64,000 bases of DNA from Halocafeteria seosinensis. Its lineage: Eukaryota. Position numbers and translations under genes: made by a program. How positions within the stretch are numbered: the first letter of the stretch is position 1; each line of letters begins with the position of its first letter. This document shows, piece after piece, positions 1 to 11,655 of this stretch. The stretch is taken from NCBI GenBank assembly GCA_001687465.1, contig LVLI01000084.1, forward strand, positions 248,001 through 312,000. Reading direction: 5' to 3'. The notes beneath the pieces are model-generated. The model was not told the DNA's origin, did not search any database, and worked only from the letters and a program-made list of their open reading frames with translations.

Positions 1-4
1 GAGA

Positions 5-560
5 AAGACCGTGGTAGACCAGCGTGTGTCATTCGGGTGCTTATCTATTACAGTGGAGGTGACGGGAGCATGCCACAGCCGCCATTTTATCATTCATGTT
101 CTGTAGTATTGACGGAATACCAACACCTAAATGCACGCTAAGTACAAACGCAGCATGACAGTAGCAAGGAGAAAAACTGGTTGTTGTCGCTTAGAAACCA
201 AATGTCTCATGGGTCTTTACCTATCTCGCTACACTCCACCCGCTTGAAGAGGTATTCTTCATAGGGAAGTTTTCACTAAGCTCCCCGTGGTCATACTGCG
301 CATTGGCAAGAACGTCGGCTTCAAGGAACCACGTTTAACCAAGTTGAATCTTCAGGAGCTATGCACCAGCCTCCTCTTTTTCCTTATTCCTGTCCCATCA
401 ATCAGGGACTGATTCAAATTTGTGAAGGTGCAGCAAGCTGTGTCACAGCCTGTCTCGCAGGGCCTGCTCAATTCAAGCCAGCTGATGATTTGTATAGCTC
501 GATTGAGACCACTCCTCGGAACCTTCAAGGAGCACAATCATTCCAATTTGACATATTTCC
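5..560 (-). mobile_element. Decayed RLE-type (CRE-like) non-LTR retrotransposon fragment, zinc-knuckle region
   Basis: Minus-strand manual translation gives ...FVLSVHLGVGIPS...RHLHCNR*APE*HTLVYHGL (motif at 61-5), resembling F...LR.RLG..P / H...C / RH..V...L. Several in-frame stops; runs off the window edge. Confidence 0.5.
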
Positions 561-631
561 CCACGTAAGTAGAGTAGACCCGGTCAGTGTAAAGCGCAAG
601 GCATATAAATGCTCGCGGTCAATGTCTCCCT

Positions 632-675
632 GTCCTCCGTCCCCGGATGCGGTGGTATCTAAGGGGACGGAGGAC
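632..675. repeat. Perfect 13-bp inverted repeat / hairpin
   Basis: gtcctccgtcccc ... ggggacggaggac; the loop ggatgc-ggtg-gtatct can extend the stem with G-U pairs. Confidence 0.85.
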
Positions 676-799
676 CCCTGATGCTTTTTGTAGTTTTTCC
701 GGAAGCCTCTTCTGACAATTTTCGTGTTTATACCTCGATATCATGCCATTACCGCTATGTTTCGCGATGTTAAAATCCAGACCATAAACGCAATTTAAT

Positions 800-1523
800 A
801 TGCCCGCCGATAAAGACGACAAGGCCGCCATTTCTGGCGCTGCCGAAGGACAAGAGGAGGACAGCGATGATGATTCCCCTCCTGAGTTAGAAGAGGAAGA
901 CCAGCAGGGACAGTCTGGTGAGGAAGGTGGACAAGCCGGAGGAGCTGGTGAAGGTGGCCGAGGAAAACAAAACCGAGCCGAGAAGAAGAGCCGCAAAGCT
1001 ATGCAAAAATTGGGCATGAAACCGATTGGTGGAATTACCCGTGTCACTGTTAAAAAGAGCAAGAATGTAAGACGTGCAGATTTTTAAGGGACCTATGGGC
1101 TTCATGTTCACGTGATTCGTCGGTTTTCCCATGTTAACTTTTACACAGATTTTGTTTGTTATCGCTCAACCCGAGGTATTCAAGAGCCCTGTATCTGACA
1201 CTTACATTATCTTTGGAGAAGCTAAAATTGAGGATCTTTCATCTTCTGCACAAAGCCAAGCTGCGCAAGCGTTCCAAAACCCTGACTTACAAAGCCTTGG
1301 CTCTAATGCACCCAGTAATGCTGACCAATCTCAAGCAGCAAAGACGCAATCCGCCACCCATGAAGCCGAAGAAGAGGATGAGGAAGTAGACGAAGAGGGC
1401 TTAGAACCAAACGACATCGAACTTGTCATGAACCAAGGTGGTGTTAGCCGCAGCAAGGCCGTAAAGGCTCTGAGGAACAACAGTAACGATGTGGTCAATT
1501 CTATTATGGAGTTGACAGAGTAG
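800..1523 (+). CDS. NACA: Nascent polypeptide-associated complex subunit alpha
   Basis: Two exons (intron 1067-1148, GT-AG). [63 protein letters not shown] domain and C-terminal UBA ([23 protein letters not shown]). Confidence 0.96.
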
Positions 1524-1606
1524 CGGTCGGTACTTGATAGCATGATTCTCAAGAAAAATTCTACAACATGATGTGAATTCTTATCAGTTGATCCACAATT
1601 TTCGCG

Positions 1607-2545
1607 CTAACAGCATTTCTTTTGGTTGCCTTTTGAAGAATCATCACCACCGAGTGCCAATGCATCATCGTTAGTATCATCTTTGTTGGTATCCAACGGA
1701 GGCAAGCTATCAGCTGTTGACAAAACATCATACAGTAAGTGAAACAGAGACCTCTGCCAGATGAGGATCGGAGGGGGACATACCAACACTCTTAAACAGT
1801 TCTCTGATGTTTGAACCTTCTTTCGCTGATACTTCAAAGAAATCCGCTTCAATGTCTTGCGCAAACCTTTCCCCCACCTCTCGATCCACTTGCTGTAGCA
1901 TACACCGTCTCCGTGATCCAACGACTGTACGTAACTGGCTTTCCGATGACCACTTACTCGATTTTCATTATTATCCGCCTTGTTTCCGGCAATGACTATC
2001 TTCACGTCAGAGCTGGCCGTCTTTGTCAGCTCCTGTAAAGAAAACACGGTGTGTATCCTGGTTTCCGTGTCAAACATTGCTGATGCACTCACTTCATGCC
2101 AGTGGCCTAACATATCGAAAGACGACTTTCGGCATACATCATAAACAATAATTGCTGCATATGCTCCCCTATAATACATCGGTATTAAACTATGATACTG
2201 CACATATCAAAGGCATTCTGATACAGGGCGGAGAACAGTGAAGCGTGAAGAGTATACTTACTTTTTCTTGTCCAGCTGTGTCCCATATCTGGAATTTAAC
2301 TTCTCCCTGAGGCGTTTTCATGATTTTACTATGATATGCCGCCCTGTAAATTGCCCATACAGTCCATCGGTGTGCCAAATATCGAGAAAAGACCTATACA
2401 CTGCTTGCACTTACCCTATCGTTGGTTCAGCAAATTTGTCGAACTGTCCTGTAACAAAGTTTGTCACGATACTGGTTTTCCCCACACCTGTATCACCCAC
2501 CAATACCACTTTGGCCACACGTGTGCTCCCGTCGCTGGCATTCAT
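1607..2545 (-). CDS. Rab small GTPase, Rab5/Rab22-like
   Basis: Six exons with GT-AG introns. GDTGVGKT P-loop, PTIGAAY effector region, WDTAGQEK, YHSLIPMYYRGA, GNKAD, EVSAK and C-terminal CC prenylation motif. Confidence 0.9.
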
Positions 2546-2649
2546 TGTTCTGTGTGTGTATATGTATTAATCGTAGCTCCCACACTCTTTCGATAAAGAG
2601 AAGGCGTAAGACAGAAAATCCTGTCCCGATAACGACGAAGAGAAAAGCT

Positions 2650-2890
2650 GCTTTCTTTAGGTAGATTGCTTCAATATCCTACACTTAACGATACCGTCAT
2701 GCTTCGCCATATGACAGTGTTTGTACAGGCAAGAGTGTGGGGTTGAACTTGGAGCAGCCAACGGTACGAACTTCCACAAGGTGTGTACCGTGGAATTCTG
2801 GAGCTACACAGGGTTGATGAGCTTCTCACGATTCGACTTCTGGTTAACTTATTTCGCATCTCGATTGAGTGTAAAGAGGTAGACACGCTG
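2650..2890 (-). mobile_element. Decayed RLE-type non-LTR retrotransposon fragment, zinc knuckle
   Basis: Minus strand: LCSSRIPRYTPCGS...QPHTLACTNTVI then, after one frameshift, KHDGIVKC (2742-2681), matching H.L.C......RHD.IV. Confidence 0.55.
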
Positions 2891-2929
2891 TAGAAAAGTT
2901 AGACTGTGAGGAGAGGATACGAAGTAGAA

Positions 2930-4411
2930 ATGGAAGGAACTGGGGTGCCAGACGAAGCCAGGCGACTGTTCGGATTACTTATACTCGTGCCACCACTGGG
3001 AGACGATAGTTTGCAGGAAGATCTAATCGAGTCGGTATTTCCTCCTGTTCGCTTTTTAGTCTCGATGGCGCGGCGTTTCGGGGGTGATAAGATACCTATC
3101 TGTTTTGTGGATGGCTCGAATGCTGTGGATATCCTCAAACCTACGCATGCAGCTGAGATGTTCAGCGAGAATCCTTCGCAACGAGAACATGAATTTCTCT
3201 CCGACCTGAATTTTCCTGAGAGATCGCTGACGGAATTGCTGAAGTCTTTGTCACGAACGTCGGAAGATTATCTCTGTGGTGTGGATGACTGTGACAGACT
3301 GCACGCCACTGTAGTGCATGATCTAAGTGTAGCAGAGGTTGCTGTTTGTGGTACTCTGGGTAAACGAGACGACTGTTTCCGCGATGTCGCTAATCGACTA
3401 CAAAGCACCAATGTAAAAGTTAGCGTCTGTGCAGACTGCTCTATGATTAGTGCCGATACGGAAATAGATGTCGAAAGAGTATTCAGTACCGACGTAATTG
3501 GACAATGGCTCCAAAAGTTGGATAAACGCATTTCTGCTCCACCTCTAACAGGATTAGGGGAGGGAGATAGCATGGTAATTTACGATGCTCTCGGAGATGG
3601 TGATTGTGCCAGTCGCTACTTCCATCTTTCGAAGGATGAAATAGAGTGGCAAACTATGGCCCACAGAGGCGGTAGTGTCCCGCGTCTCATATCCATCCAA
3701 GGAGACATAACCGGCGAAGGCTCTGATGTAGTTTATCCCATCTACCGGCACCCTGCGGATGAACAACCGACTTTAAGTACATGGTCGTCAACTGCTCGAA
3801 TAATCCGTGATGAAATGAATGAGTTACTGAATGAGCATTTCAATCACGCATTAATCCAATATTATCGTGGAGGGAACGATTATATTAGCGAGCACTCAGA
3901 CAAGACCATAGATGTAAAAGCTTTCAGTAATATAATCAACGTGAGTCTAGGTGCTGCTCGAACCATGGTACTTCGTGAAAAACAGACTATCAAGGGAACT
4001 CCGAGAAAGTCAAATAAGTTCATACTGCCACACAATTCCGTATTCGTATTAGGTTGGAAGACGAACAGGAAGTTCTTACACTCGATCAGACAAGACAAGA
4101 GGCCTGAAACAGAGAAAACCCCGGAGGAAAAAGACTTCAGTGAAGAACGGATTAGCTTTACTTTTAGGTCCATTTCTACGTTCGTCCATCAGAGTGCCGG
4201 TATCTTTGGTCAAGGATCAAAGTGTAAGAACCTGGATGAAGCTAGAAAACGGGAAATCACTGGTAAAGAGGACTGCGATGAAACCCGTCTCGAGCAAGAA
4301 TCGTTGCTGTATGCTTTTGGAAACGAAAATAAGCAAACGAACTTTAACTGGCTCGAAGACTACGGAAGGGGCTTTGATGTGGTCAATTTCTCAGAGCTTC
4401 AGCCTTCCTGA
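2930..4411 (+). CDS. AlkB-family 2OG-Fe(II) oxygenase with a degenerate N-terminal (isochorismatase-like?) region
   Basis: Intronless ORF. HRGGSVPRLISIQG, YRHPADEQP, NHALIQYYRGGNDYISEHSDK (HxD), SLGAARTM, FLHSIRQD and ERISFTFR. First ATG at 2930. Confidence 0.85.
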   Translation: MEGTGVPDEARRLFGLLILVPPLGDDSLQEDLIESVFPPVRFLVSMARRFGGDKIPICFVDGSNAVDILKPTHAAEMFSENPSQREHEFLSDLNFPERSLTELLKSLSRTSEDYLCGVDDCDRLHATVVHDLSVAEVAVCGTLGKRDDCFRDVANRLQSTNVKVSVCADCSMISADTEIDVERVFSTDVIGQWLQKLDKRISAPPLTGLGEGDSMVIYDALGDGDCASRYFHLSKDEIEWQTMAHRGGSVPRLISIQGDITGEGSDVVYPIYRHPADEQPTLSTWSSTARIIRDEMNELLNEHFNHALIQYYRGGNDYISEHSDKTIDVKAFSNIINVSLGAARTMVLREKQTIKGTPRKSNKFILPHNSVFVLGWKTNRKFLHSIRQDKRPETEKTPEEKDFSEERISFTFRSISTFVHQSAGIFGQGSKCKNLDEARKREITGKEDCDETRLEQESLLYAFGNENKQTNFNWLEDYGRGFDVVNFSELQPS

Positions 4412-4711
4412 TTCCAGATCTAAGTTGAAGTTGGGCAATCACAAGAAGAATTGTAGCGAAGTACCACCCATTGGTATGTCATCCAAAATACTTGACAATG
4501 TGCAAAAGGTTTCCCAAGCAAGATCAAAGAAGAAAGCAATTCTTTTTCACTGAAGGTCCTTATCGTAGCGTGGCTGTATGAGGCAGAAGAGATCAAGGTG
4601 ACCCGTGGTAATCGAAATTCTTCAGAATTCTTCTTTTTACTCAGCGGGAAATCAGCACCCTAATTTTATTTTTTGGCAAATATCTCTGTGTATCAACATT
4701 ATTAAAGCAAG

Positions 4712-7461
4712 ATGAGCGGAGCGACAGACTATTCCTCAACTTCCACAGCCAGTTCCTTTCAGGGAATGGCTGCTTTACAGGGGGCTCGAGATCTTCAGGT
4801 CAGTCACAGTGCTCCCAGAATTCTTCTTTTTATCGTTCATACAGTTTTCGGCGCTATACTGCCTTGTTTATATATTTCTAAGTATATGAAAGTGGAAGGA
4901 CGAGTCTGTAGATCTTACATGCTTTGGTATGTCGTAATAAATGTGCAGAGAGAATATGAAAAGTATCAAGGAGAATTCAAGCAAGTGAATGAACGGCATG
5001 ATGAATTACTTAAGCAGTCTCAATCTATTGAGAACGAGGCGGCATCGTACTGTAAGCTACTACCCTAGCATCAAACGACATGACCTTTTTGATACCATCA
5101 TCTGCATCCTGTTGCAGCTGCGGACCTTGCGGTTTATCAAAAAAAATATAGCAGCCTACAAACTACGCTCGAGCGATTGAAAGAAAAGGAAGCGTTTATT
5201 TTGGAACAAGAAAACGCTCTCAAAGGTAAAGCATATGGCGATATGTCAAATACGATCAATTTACAACCAACTCCTGCCAGAACATTGTCGTAAACAGACT
5301 CCGTGCACTCTATTGGGACGACAAACGAAAGGTTGAACCTTGCGAAGGAAGATTCCCTCAGTACTATGATTTCTCTTTTTCATCGAATAGGGGAAGTGGA
5401 AGAAAGGATAAGGAATGATTCGTTCAAGGACAAGCTTCATGCCTGTAAGTATTGCCCCTACGGCGAAGTATGACTGGTGCTGACAGCTGGTAAGCATTCA
5501 GGCTTGCAACGAATTACCGCAACGGGCGAGGAACTTCAGGAATATGCGATCCGAAACAGAAGTTTAGAAGCGGCTCTAGAAGAAGCGGAAAAACATGAAG
5601 GTAAGAGCAGTCTCGTCGAATCGACAAGTGATCCTATTATAGTGCGTGGGTGTACAGAAACGAGTTCGTGCACCATAGACGATATAAAGGGTAGTATTGA
5701 GGATAACAATAGGAAGAAGGAGGATCTTGTGGACAGAACCGCTCGTTACAATGCTGAATTGAGGAACCTAGTAAGTCTTCCTGTCGTAGCTCGTTGCTGT
5801 GGACAATGCTGCAGCATATGTTCCCGTTTCCCCAGGCCAACGAGCTGACCAAACTTAATGCCAAAGCACAAGAGGAGGCAAAATCTCTTGCCGAGAAGCA
5901 GGAGTTGTACGAAACGGACTTGAAACAACGTCAGGCGCAAATAGCAGAGCAGCGAGAGAAGTTACGGATAGTTTCTAAGAGTAGCGACGAAGCGTCGAGG
6001 CGGTACGATGAGATTGAGGACTGTAAGTAGGATATCTAGGTTTCCAAGTCTCACGAAGGGCACTGTCTCTTGCTCCTGCAGCAATAGAGAAACTGAGAAA
6101 ACTAAACAAGGATCGAAGCAAAGAGGCGGAGGAAATGGATGACGCGGCTGCACGCCTTGATAAAGAGTGCGTTATCAACCAACCAACAATAAAGGAAGCT
6201 ATCTATATATCCCGAGTCGCGAACCGGTTGTATGTCTCCAGGATCCTGGCCATTACGGAGAAGTTGAATAAGGTGGAGGAAAAGAGAAGCGCGTACAGTG
6301 AATCATTGGAGTCGTTCAGGTGCGTTGTTCTGCACGTATAGATCAAGGAACTGCGAGCAAAACCACTAATTCTGAACCCTTTGCAGAAGTGAGTATGATG
6401 ACAAGTCAAAGAAGAACTCCGAACTCTTGGGGAAAGAAAAGAAGAAAATCCGTGCTTTGAAAGACAAAATCACAGCCACTACTGGCGAATTAGATGTAAG
6501 CAAGATACTACATGCGACAGTTTTGGCCATCAATGAGACTCTGATGGGATAACTCACTTCAGGAAGTATCCATGGAACTGTTTAAATTTACGAACAAAAT
6601 ACTGACAACTAAAGCCGCCTTGGGGGCTTCGGAGAAAGAGTTACAAGAAGTTAGGTGCGAAGAAACTGTCCCTGGTAAGGCTACGGATCAAGGGTCGTTA
6701 TGGATTGTCTCCCATTACTGATGTACGTTGTGCGTCTTCAGAACTGGAAGAGCTGCAAAGAGAGCTTAAGGAGTATTCCTCACGTCAGGACGCACTGGAC
6801 CAGGAAATATCGCAGTTTGAAGCAGAACTGGCTTCATCACAAGATCACCCGGCGTTGTCTGCCAAACAGAAAAAGGGAAGAACTGTTAAGAAAGTAAGCT
6901 TCTATTATGCTTTGGAATCCCGTAAGCTAGGGGTTGTTACGGTGACACTTTTATCTAGAAAGCAGGGAGAAAGCGATGTCGAGAAAGAGTGCCAAATTGC
7001 CGATAAGAAAAAGCGTGAGAAAGCGAAACAGTTGTCAGAACTGGTAAGTCTTGCAACTAATGTGATTTGCTTGATTCTCAGTACTCTGGTTGAACGTTCC
7101 CGCAGCGGGATGAGCTAAAGAGAGCACAAGAGGACAATCAACAACTGCAACAAGAAATAGAGACAAACGCGAAACAACAGGAATTAAAGCAGCGCGAAGA
7201 AGCACAAGAGCAGGCACAGAAGATCAGCAGAATGAAGGAGAAACTAAAGAAGGAAATGGAATCTAAGCGGAAGGAATATGAACATGAGTTGTCTGAAGCT
7301 GAAGAAGCTCAAAGAAAAGAGGTAATGGACCGAAAGCAGAAGGTAAGTTCCTTCGTCAACATTATTGGGTCGATTGCTTTCACGTTTTTCTCTTCGTACA
7401 GATAGAGGACTCGATTAAGGAGTTGGACACGCAAATCAACTACTACAAAAGGAAAAAATAG
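4712..7461 (+). CDS. Multi-exon long coiled-coil protein, function unknown
   Basis: About 15 exons join in frame through GT-AG introns into an E/K/Q-rich heptad sequence ending ...INYYKRKK* (TAG at 7459-7461). Confidence 0.75.
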
Positions 7462-7519
7462 AAGTGTACCGCTCTTTTCCCCTCTTTACGATCCTTAATT
7501 TCATTTGCTATCTTAGAAT

Positions 7520-7800
7520 TAGAAAACTGGACTGATGCTTACCTGCACTGCTGAAGTGTATCCCCATGTGGTTGTATCTGGGTATCCAACGTCTGTCGTC
7601 CGGTCTCAATTCCTCGCTCGATTACCGGCTAGTGGGGTTTTCCTTGTTTGCATAATCTATATACACACACATCAATCCTGATCCGTATCATTTCCCATCT
7701 CTTGCTCTATCTTGCTACTCGCTATTTCGATTAAGAGTAATTTAAGACGGCTTGAATTCCCAAGTTGAAGCATCTGGAACAGACTGGAACCAGAAAGTTT
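7520..7800 (-). mobile_element. Possible decayed RLE non-LTR retrotransposon fragment
   Basis: Minus strand: FWFQSVPDASTWEF (~7795-7754), resembling WL..VP, and HGDTLQQC (7568-7545), resembling HGDH...C. Confidence 0.35.
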
Positions 7801-7961
7801 AAGGCCGTGAAGTTCTCGTGAACTAGTTCAATTGGGTCAAATGATTCAAATCGTTAAGTTTGTCATAGATCACCCGTATTTACTAGCACGAGTTTAACGT
7901 TTCTGAGGGAAAGACAAAGTCTATCTCTAGCATCGACTACCCTGCATTCTGTTCGTCAACA

Positions 7962-9576
7962 ATGTCTGCCCCAAGGTCTCCCCAAAAGTCTCCAACCCCA
8001 GCCGTCACTGAGCCCACCAAGTTTGGTGATGTGTTCAAGGCTACAAAGGGTAAGCATCCGCTTTCTTTTCATATTCCTCAGTAGAGATGACTGTATCACT
8101 GCGTAGAGGTTTGGACAAGTGGTTGACCAAAGGCCCCTGGTGGAAATGGCGCGTCATGTTCGCGATGGCTGGCGTTCACGGAAGAAAGGGGGCTTATGAC
8201 TCCCGGCAAGTTATCTTTTTGTGTTACTTCACTTCTAGGCGATGTGTTGTAAGCTGAAGAGAACCATGGCACTTGTTTGACATGGTTAGTGGAGCTGGTA
8301 CGTGGAAGGTGGGAAGCCGGTGTGGAGGCATGGGTTTAGGGTGGAGAAATGAAGTCTTTAAGGGCCGCTATTCGAGTGTGATTTTGGCGCATTGGTTGCA
8401 TTCTCCTCTTCTCTAGGACATGAGAGTGTTTCTTCAGAAGCTTAGCTCTGCATCTGTAAGGTTGGGAGCAGAAACTTTCGGAATGCTCAAGTTGAAGCTG
8501 TCCCGTCGGGGGTCCCCTGAAAAAACGACAAAAAGGGAAAGGGTCCTAAACCCCCATTGTGTGCCCCTTTGTACACTCCTTTTGGCAACTGTGGAGCTTC
8601 AACTCTTGAGAAGTTCTCTGATGACGAGGATCTTAACGGTCTGTGTTCTGTGCGTATCATGGTGCAGATTTCTTTAAGAAGTCGTTTTCCGATGAGCATA
8701 AAGTGGAAGTCAAATCGCAAGCTCCGAACGGCGTGGTAAGTTGACCACAATGAGGAAACTACCTTCTATCTCTATGGGCTGGAATCTGAAAACTTCGTTT
8801 TGAACTTGCAGAAGTACACTGCCGAAGGTGGAGTTTCGAAGAAAGGCGGCACCGGAAGCCTTAAAGCCGAATACAAGAAAGGCGACTTCAACGTGGATAA
8901 AGTGCAAATTGGCACTGACCAGAAGATTGGTGTGGACTTGAGCCTCAAGAACTTTGCTCCTAATACCAAGGCATTGTTCAAAGTTGAAGACGGTACTCGG
9001 GCTAGTGGTGCTAAGACATCCGCTACCTTTGGATTGGAGACGGTCCAAAACTTTGGAGTGCAAACTGGGCTGGAAGCTGACTTCGATGTGGTCAATGCCA
9101 CTGCCAATGCTTCTACTCTCTTCAACTACCAAGGGTTCCTGTTTGGTGCATCTGGCTCATTGAATACCCACATAAATGACAACGATAGCAAGGGGCTCGA
9201 ACCGACGGCATATGATGTCCTTGTAGGATATAAAGCTAACGGCTCTACTTTCGGTCTACAAACGGAGAAGAAGTTTAGCAGTGCTACCGCTTTCTTCTAC
9301 AATGAAGCCAACAAGGACTTTACCGTCACAGGCAAGGCCTCGTTCGGTTTGAATGCATCTGCGCTGAAGCAAGTGGATCTCGAATTCGGTGGCAAGTATA
9401 AGTGGGATGATGCATCAACTCTGTACGGTTCTGTTAACCGAAAAGCGGACATTAAGTTTGCTCACGAGCAAAAGATCAGCCCGAAGGCCACCTTGAACCT
9501 TTATGCTGAGGTCAAGGCTGTCGACTTGGCATCCGACCAACACAAGTTGGGCTCCAAATTGAGCCTGTCTGATTAA
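7962..9576 (+). CDS. VDAC: Voltage-dependent anion channel (mitochondrial porin)
   Basis: Exons 7962-8049, 8668-8735 and 8812-9576. PTKFGDVFKATKDFFKKSF N-terminal helix, alternating beta-strand pattern and C-terminal HKLGSKLSLSD. Confidence 0.9.
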
Positions 9577-9677
9577 AGACATAGGGAAGGTTCACCGTTG
9601 TTATTGAGAGGTAAAATAAACGAGTGGTGGTCCGTCTTCATTCACTCCGGTATGTCATATTGATTTGATTTTCGAGC

Positions 9678-11392
<1,715 letters not shown>

Positions 11393-11439
11393 TGCATTGA
11401 TTTATATTGACGCTCAGCTACTAGTGTAGCAAAGTATTG

Positions 11440-11600
11440 TGTACGATGGAGCATGAGTCGTTAACTGCTGTACTACGGGTTGGATTACGAGGGGATACAA
11501 GGGAAGAGTTCAGTATTAACAAAAGATGTTTTGTATACACACACTTCAGAAAGAGCCACACATAACACAAATAACTTCTACCAAGTGCGCTCAGACTTTA
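11440..11600 (+). mobile_element. Possible highly decayed RLE retrotransposon fragment
   Basis: MEHESLTAVLRVGL...KSHT*HK*LL, a loose resemblance to F..ALR.RLG and RH..L. Confidence 0.2.
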
Positions 11601-11655
11601 AGTATTAAAAAAATTTTAGGGCATCACATCACAGACACTTCAACTTTCACGTTAC

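Noticed and set aside
4420..4700. Further relic (GHLDLFCLIQPRYD, minus strand) upstream of the coiled-coil gene
   Set aside because: Single weak motif, indistinguishable from chance by eye; not counted.
5226..5500. Apparent ~260-nt intron in the coiled-coil gene
   Set aside because: It contains two small in-frame exons (~5281-5331 and ~5391-5444) flanked by normal-size GT-AG introns.
8128..8196. RNase MRP-like P4 halves (aaaggcccct / ggggctta)
   Set aside because: Only ~50 nt apart, too close to hold the intervening domains; more simply a local hairpin.
8618..8630. Hammerhead ribozyme core (CTGATGA)
   Set aside because: No stem II followed by GAAA in the right position.
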